A stretch of DNA of 32,000 nucleotides, from assembly GCA_025839675.1 (NCBI GenBank), contig CP104013.1, forward strand, positions 3,960,001-3,992,000. Direction: 5' to 3'. Source of the DNA: Candidatus Lokiarchaeum ossiferum. Lineage in GTDB: Archaea; Asgardarchaeota; Lokiarchaeia; Sigyniarchaeales; Promethearchaeaceae. The position numbers and the translations under genes were made by a program. The notes beneath the pieces were generated by a model. The model was not told where the DNA came from, did no database searches, and saw nothing but the letters and a program-made list of their open reading frames with translations. Of the stretch, positions 29,470-32,000 are shown piece after piece. The first letter of the stretch is position 1, and each line of letters opens with the position of its first letter.

Positions 29470-31239
29470 ATGGTTAGTTATTCACAGTTTCAAACGCGTG
29501 GCCGGAAGAATGCAAAGCAAATTTCGAAATTATCTTTTGTTTTGCTTGGCCTATTAGCATGTTCCATGATTTGTCAGTATCTGACAGATGGTAACAATCC
29601 AAATCCAGTAAACAATTCTCAATTAATGGGTTTTAATCCTTTGGCATCTACAGAGAATGCCGCACCAAGTGAACCTTTAGCAGTTAAGGAAGACCTTTCA
29701 AATGCTTTAGGTGATATTGAAATCATTGATGTCAATGTTCTCGAAAGTTTGACTGTCACAAATTTTGTAGCCAATAGCAATATTACTTATATTGTTGATA
29801 ATGATGATCAAACTTCCTTTGTTGGAACAATTGAGACCGCTTCTACTTCTAATGCTGTCGGTACAGCAACTGATCGAGATGCCAACATTACTATTCAATT
29901 TTTAACTGAAATAGTATGGGCATACAATGAATCCATTGCCGATTTGGAAGAAAAAGTTGTTGGATTCACTCCAGTCGTTCAACCCGCCGAAATATCCGTT
30001 CTGAAAGTTGATGGGATCGAAATTACCAACGAATCCTTATTTTATACTGAGACTAATCTTGGAAAAAAAACCTTTTTCTATAATTTTGAAAATGAATATT
30101 TAAATGATCCAAGTGACTCCATTCGGATCAGATATAATTATAATGTCAAGGTGCCTGTTTCCCAATGGAAAGTTGTAACTACCCGGGTTGAAACCGAAGA
30201 AGGCGAAATTTTAGCAGGTGCTCCTCAATACATGACAAATTTGTCCACAACATTTACTCAAGTTTATGATTATTATGTAAAAATTGGAGGCTCTTCTAAT
30301 TTACCTATTCGAGCCCTAACTAACATAAATTTGCCAAATAAAAATGAAATCTTTGATGTCAGTGTTGAAAGTTATAATGAGTTAAATAAAACGGATTTTT
30401 CCTACGATACAAATTTATTAAATGAAAAAATTATTCAAATTGACGATTATCTTAACATTTCTTCGGGAGTGTCAATTGAGGGTCGATTTTATGCAAATTT
30501 CACAGTTGAATTTTTGGAAGTCGTAGACGGCTTTTGGTGTGAAGATCGCCTTGTATCCGGAACGGATCGTCGTGAACGCGATTACAAAATAACTATTACT
30601 GAAGGTCCGGCGGACTTAATGTTAGTCTATTTTGGATTTAATGATACATCCATATATTATTCCCACTTGTGGGGTGATCCAGATCTCCGTAGTGCTTTAG
30701 GTCGAGATGTTTCCGTTGAAAATGTTAATCGATCGGCGTATCTTACACCCAGCGAACGCCTAGGTAAAGTTTTTATCGATGGTATTTCGATGCTCGCCCA
30801 AAGTCAGTTAACTCCATATCTCTTGTTTAAAGGTGAAATTGATGTCATAACTGTTGGCTATATTGGAGTTTATGATTTAAAATTGACGGTGACCGATCGC
30901 ATTCAGACACCTTTGGCTAATGTTCAAGTTAATATTTATATTAACGACATTCCTTATGGAACTTTGATGAGTAATTTTGAAAATTACCCCATTGCACCTA
31001 AAACTACAGATTCCCAAGGGCATATCTTGATTCGAAATGTACCGATATCAGATTTTACTATTGAGATTCTTGATGCAGAAGGAAATTCCCAAGAAAATTT
31101 AACCGCTAATTCTCTAAAGGATTATAATAAAAATTTGGTTATTACCTCCAAAAGTCATTTTCCTGCAATAATTTTGTATTTCGGAGGAATTAGTGCCGTG
31201 ATGGTAGTAATTGGATTTCTTAAATTCAAGAAGTATTAA
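29470..31239 (+). CDS. surface-exposed (S-layer/cell-surface) protein with an N-terminal signal/anchor, about a dozen N-glycosylation sequons, a CarboxypepD_reg-like beta-sandwich and a C-terminal TM anchor
   Basis: I prefer the start at ATG 29470 (MVSYSQFQTRGRKNAKQISKLSFVLLGLLACSMICQ) over the track's 29374. At least 12 NxS/T sequons are present (NNS, NIT x2, NES x2, NLS, NKT, NIS, NFT, NDT, NRS, NLT). LKLTVTDRIQTPLANVQVNIYIND...TTDSQGHILIRNVPISDFTIEILDAEG resembles the carboxypeptidase-regulatory-like domain. The C-terminus is FPAIILYFGGISAVMVVIGFLKFKKY. Confidence 0.7.
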   Translation: MVSYSQFQTRGRKNAKQISKLSFVLLGLLACSMICQYLTDGNNPNPVNNSQLMGFNPLASTENAAPSEPLAVKEDLSNALGDIEIIDVNVLESLTVTNFVANSNITYIVDNDDQTSFVGTIETASTSNAVGTATDRDANITIQFLTEIVWAYNESIADLEEKVVGFTPVVQPAEISVLKVDGIEITNESLFYTETNLGKKTFFYNFENEYLNDPSDSIRIRYNYNVKVPVSQWKVVTTRVETEEGEILAGAPQYMTNLSTTFTQVYDYYVKIGGSSNLPIRALTNINLPNKNEIFDVSVESYNELNKTDFSYDTNLLNEKIIQIDDYLNISSGVSIEGRFYANFTVEFLEVVDGFWCEDRLVSGTDRRERDYKITITEGPADLMLVYFGFNDTSIYYSHLWGDPDLRSALGRDVSVENVNRSAYLTPSERLGKVFIDGISMLAQSQLTPYLLFKGEIDVITVGYIGVYDLKLTVTDRIQTPLANVQVNIYINDIPYGTLMSNFENYPIAPKTTDSQGHILIRNVPISDFTIEILDAEGNSQENLTANSLKDYNKNLVITSKSHFPAIILYFGGISAVMVVIGFLKFKKY

Positions 31240-31317
31240 TTTTCTTTTTTCATTTCTATTTTTATCAAAAAATAATTTTACAACAAAAAAGCAAGTTGTA
31301 TTTTTTATGAATAGGTT

Positions 31318-31647
31318 TTAAGTGCAATTGATTTTATCTTCAGGGAGATATTTTTCTTTAATGAAAATCAGTTTAGCTGGATTATTTTCTTTGTTTTCTA
31401 ATCCATGCGATTCATTGGCTTCCAAGCGAATTGCAGATCCCATTGGGATCTGGATTTCTTCTTTTTCCAATTTAAATGTCATTATTCCTTGGAGTACATA
31501 AAAGGTTTCACCCATATGTTCATGAAAATGTGCTGGTTTTTCTTCTCCTGGTTGCAATGTTATCAAACCCCAGTCAATATCTGGACCTCGATTCATATAT
31601 CGTACTCCTCCGTGAACAGGCTGTTCTTCTTCTGAAATAATTTTCAT
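31318..31647 (-). CDS. cupin-domain protein
   Basis: Cupin motif 1 is GEEKPAHFHEHMGETFYVLQG and motif 2 is GSAIRLEANESHGLEN. I prefer the start at M14 (31647), which avoids overlap with the upstream gene. The track start is 31686. Confidence 0.8.
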   Translation of the reverse strand: MKIISEEEQPVHGGVRYMNRGPDIDWGLITLQPGEEKPAHFHEHMGETFYVLQGIMTFKLEKEEIQIPMGSAIRLEANESHGLENKENNPAKLIFIKEKYLPEDKINCT

Positions 31648-31679
31648 TCTCAAGCATCCTAGTTTTGATTTAAAAAAAA

Positions 31680-32000
31680 TTACCATGCTTTGTCCAATAA
31701 TTGTCGTAATGATTCCGGATCAATTGGACGGGGATTGGCATTCACTGATCTTCCCTTGGTCTGGGTGATAATCCACTCAAAATCTTCTTTTAATACACCT
31801 ATGTCTTGTAATCTTAGCGGGATTTGTACTTGGGAGAAAATTTCTTTTATCATTCCCGTTAATCTTCGTGCATTTTCGTAATCTGTTCCTTCAGGCTCGT
31901 ATTTATTGAATAAATCAAGTTGACTTAACACTTTTGCAATGTTGGCATATTTTTTCGCTTGCCATTCTAAGTTATAATCAATTACCCAAGGTAATAAAGC
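31680..32000 (-). CDS. iron-containing alcohol dehydrogenase family protein, C-terminal part; the N-terminus lies beyond the window edge
   Basis: The reading frame stays open to the window edge. My translation is ALLPWVIDYNLEWQAKKYANIAKVLSQLDLF...IPLRLQDIGVLKEDFEWIITQTKGRSVNANPRPIDPESLRQLLDKAW. This matches the C-terminal helical-domain pattern of Fe-ADHs (LLP-V-x-x-N...KYA-IA...NPR...). Confidence 0.65.
   Translation of the reverse strand, partial: ALLPWVIDYNLEWQAKKYANIAKVLSQLDLFNKYEPEGTDYENARRLTGMIKEIFSQVQIPLRLQDIGVLKEDFEWIITQTKGRSVNANPRPIDPESLRQLLDKAW

Noticed and set aside
27613-31881. Further shadow ORFs: 27613-27849, 28403-28663, 28895-29122, 29366-29557, 29707-29898, 31405-31635 and 31690-31881.
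   Set aside because: The reasoning is the same. They overlap the NTase, GAN, surface-protein, cupin and Fe-ADH genes on the opposite strand or in another frame, and they lack any signature.

Overview
This is an AT-rich, gene-dense chromosomal segment of about two-thirds A+T by eye. It looks archaeal and most resembles an Asgard (Loki-type) archaeon. That assignment is an inference from three things: a Rag/Gtr-type GTPase, a GAN/RecJ-Cdc45-type DHH nuclease, and oligo-T tracts after genes. I support 33 protein-coding regions, two of them truncated by the window edges and one 50-aa zinc-ribbon ORF missing from the ORF track. Most are housekeeping or accessory enzymes and membrane proteins. I could not support any rRNA, tRNA, transposase, integrase or bona fide CRISPR array. 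Five loci deserve a second look. (1) A same-strand cassette at 3141-8567 encodes a polytopic membrane protein with a longin/roadblock-like soluble domain, then a Rag/Gtr-family GTPase with a shortened P-loop, then an orphan Type III Mod-like DNA methyltransferase with a roughly 420-aa unassigned N-terminal region. (2) A 565-bp intergenic region between convergent genes (10803-11367) holds an array of hairpin-ended repeat units and ends in a GC-rich stem-loop plus T8, making it a candidate structured ncRNA. (3) An EF-Tu/SelB-like protein has lost every GTPase motif. (4) A tightly packed operon encodes GAN, a Pol-beta-type nucleotidyltransferase and a DUF167 protein. (5) Two tandem alpha/beta-hydrolase paralogs carry a GxCxG (Cys) nucleophile elbow. 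All family assignments come from motif reading and remembered family signatures. No database search was run.
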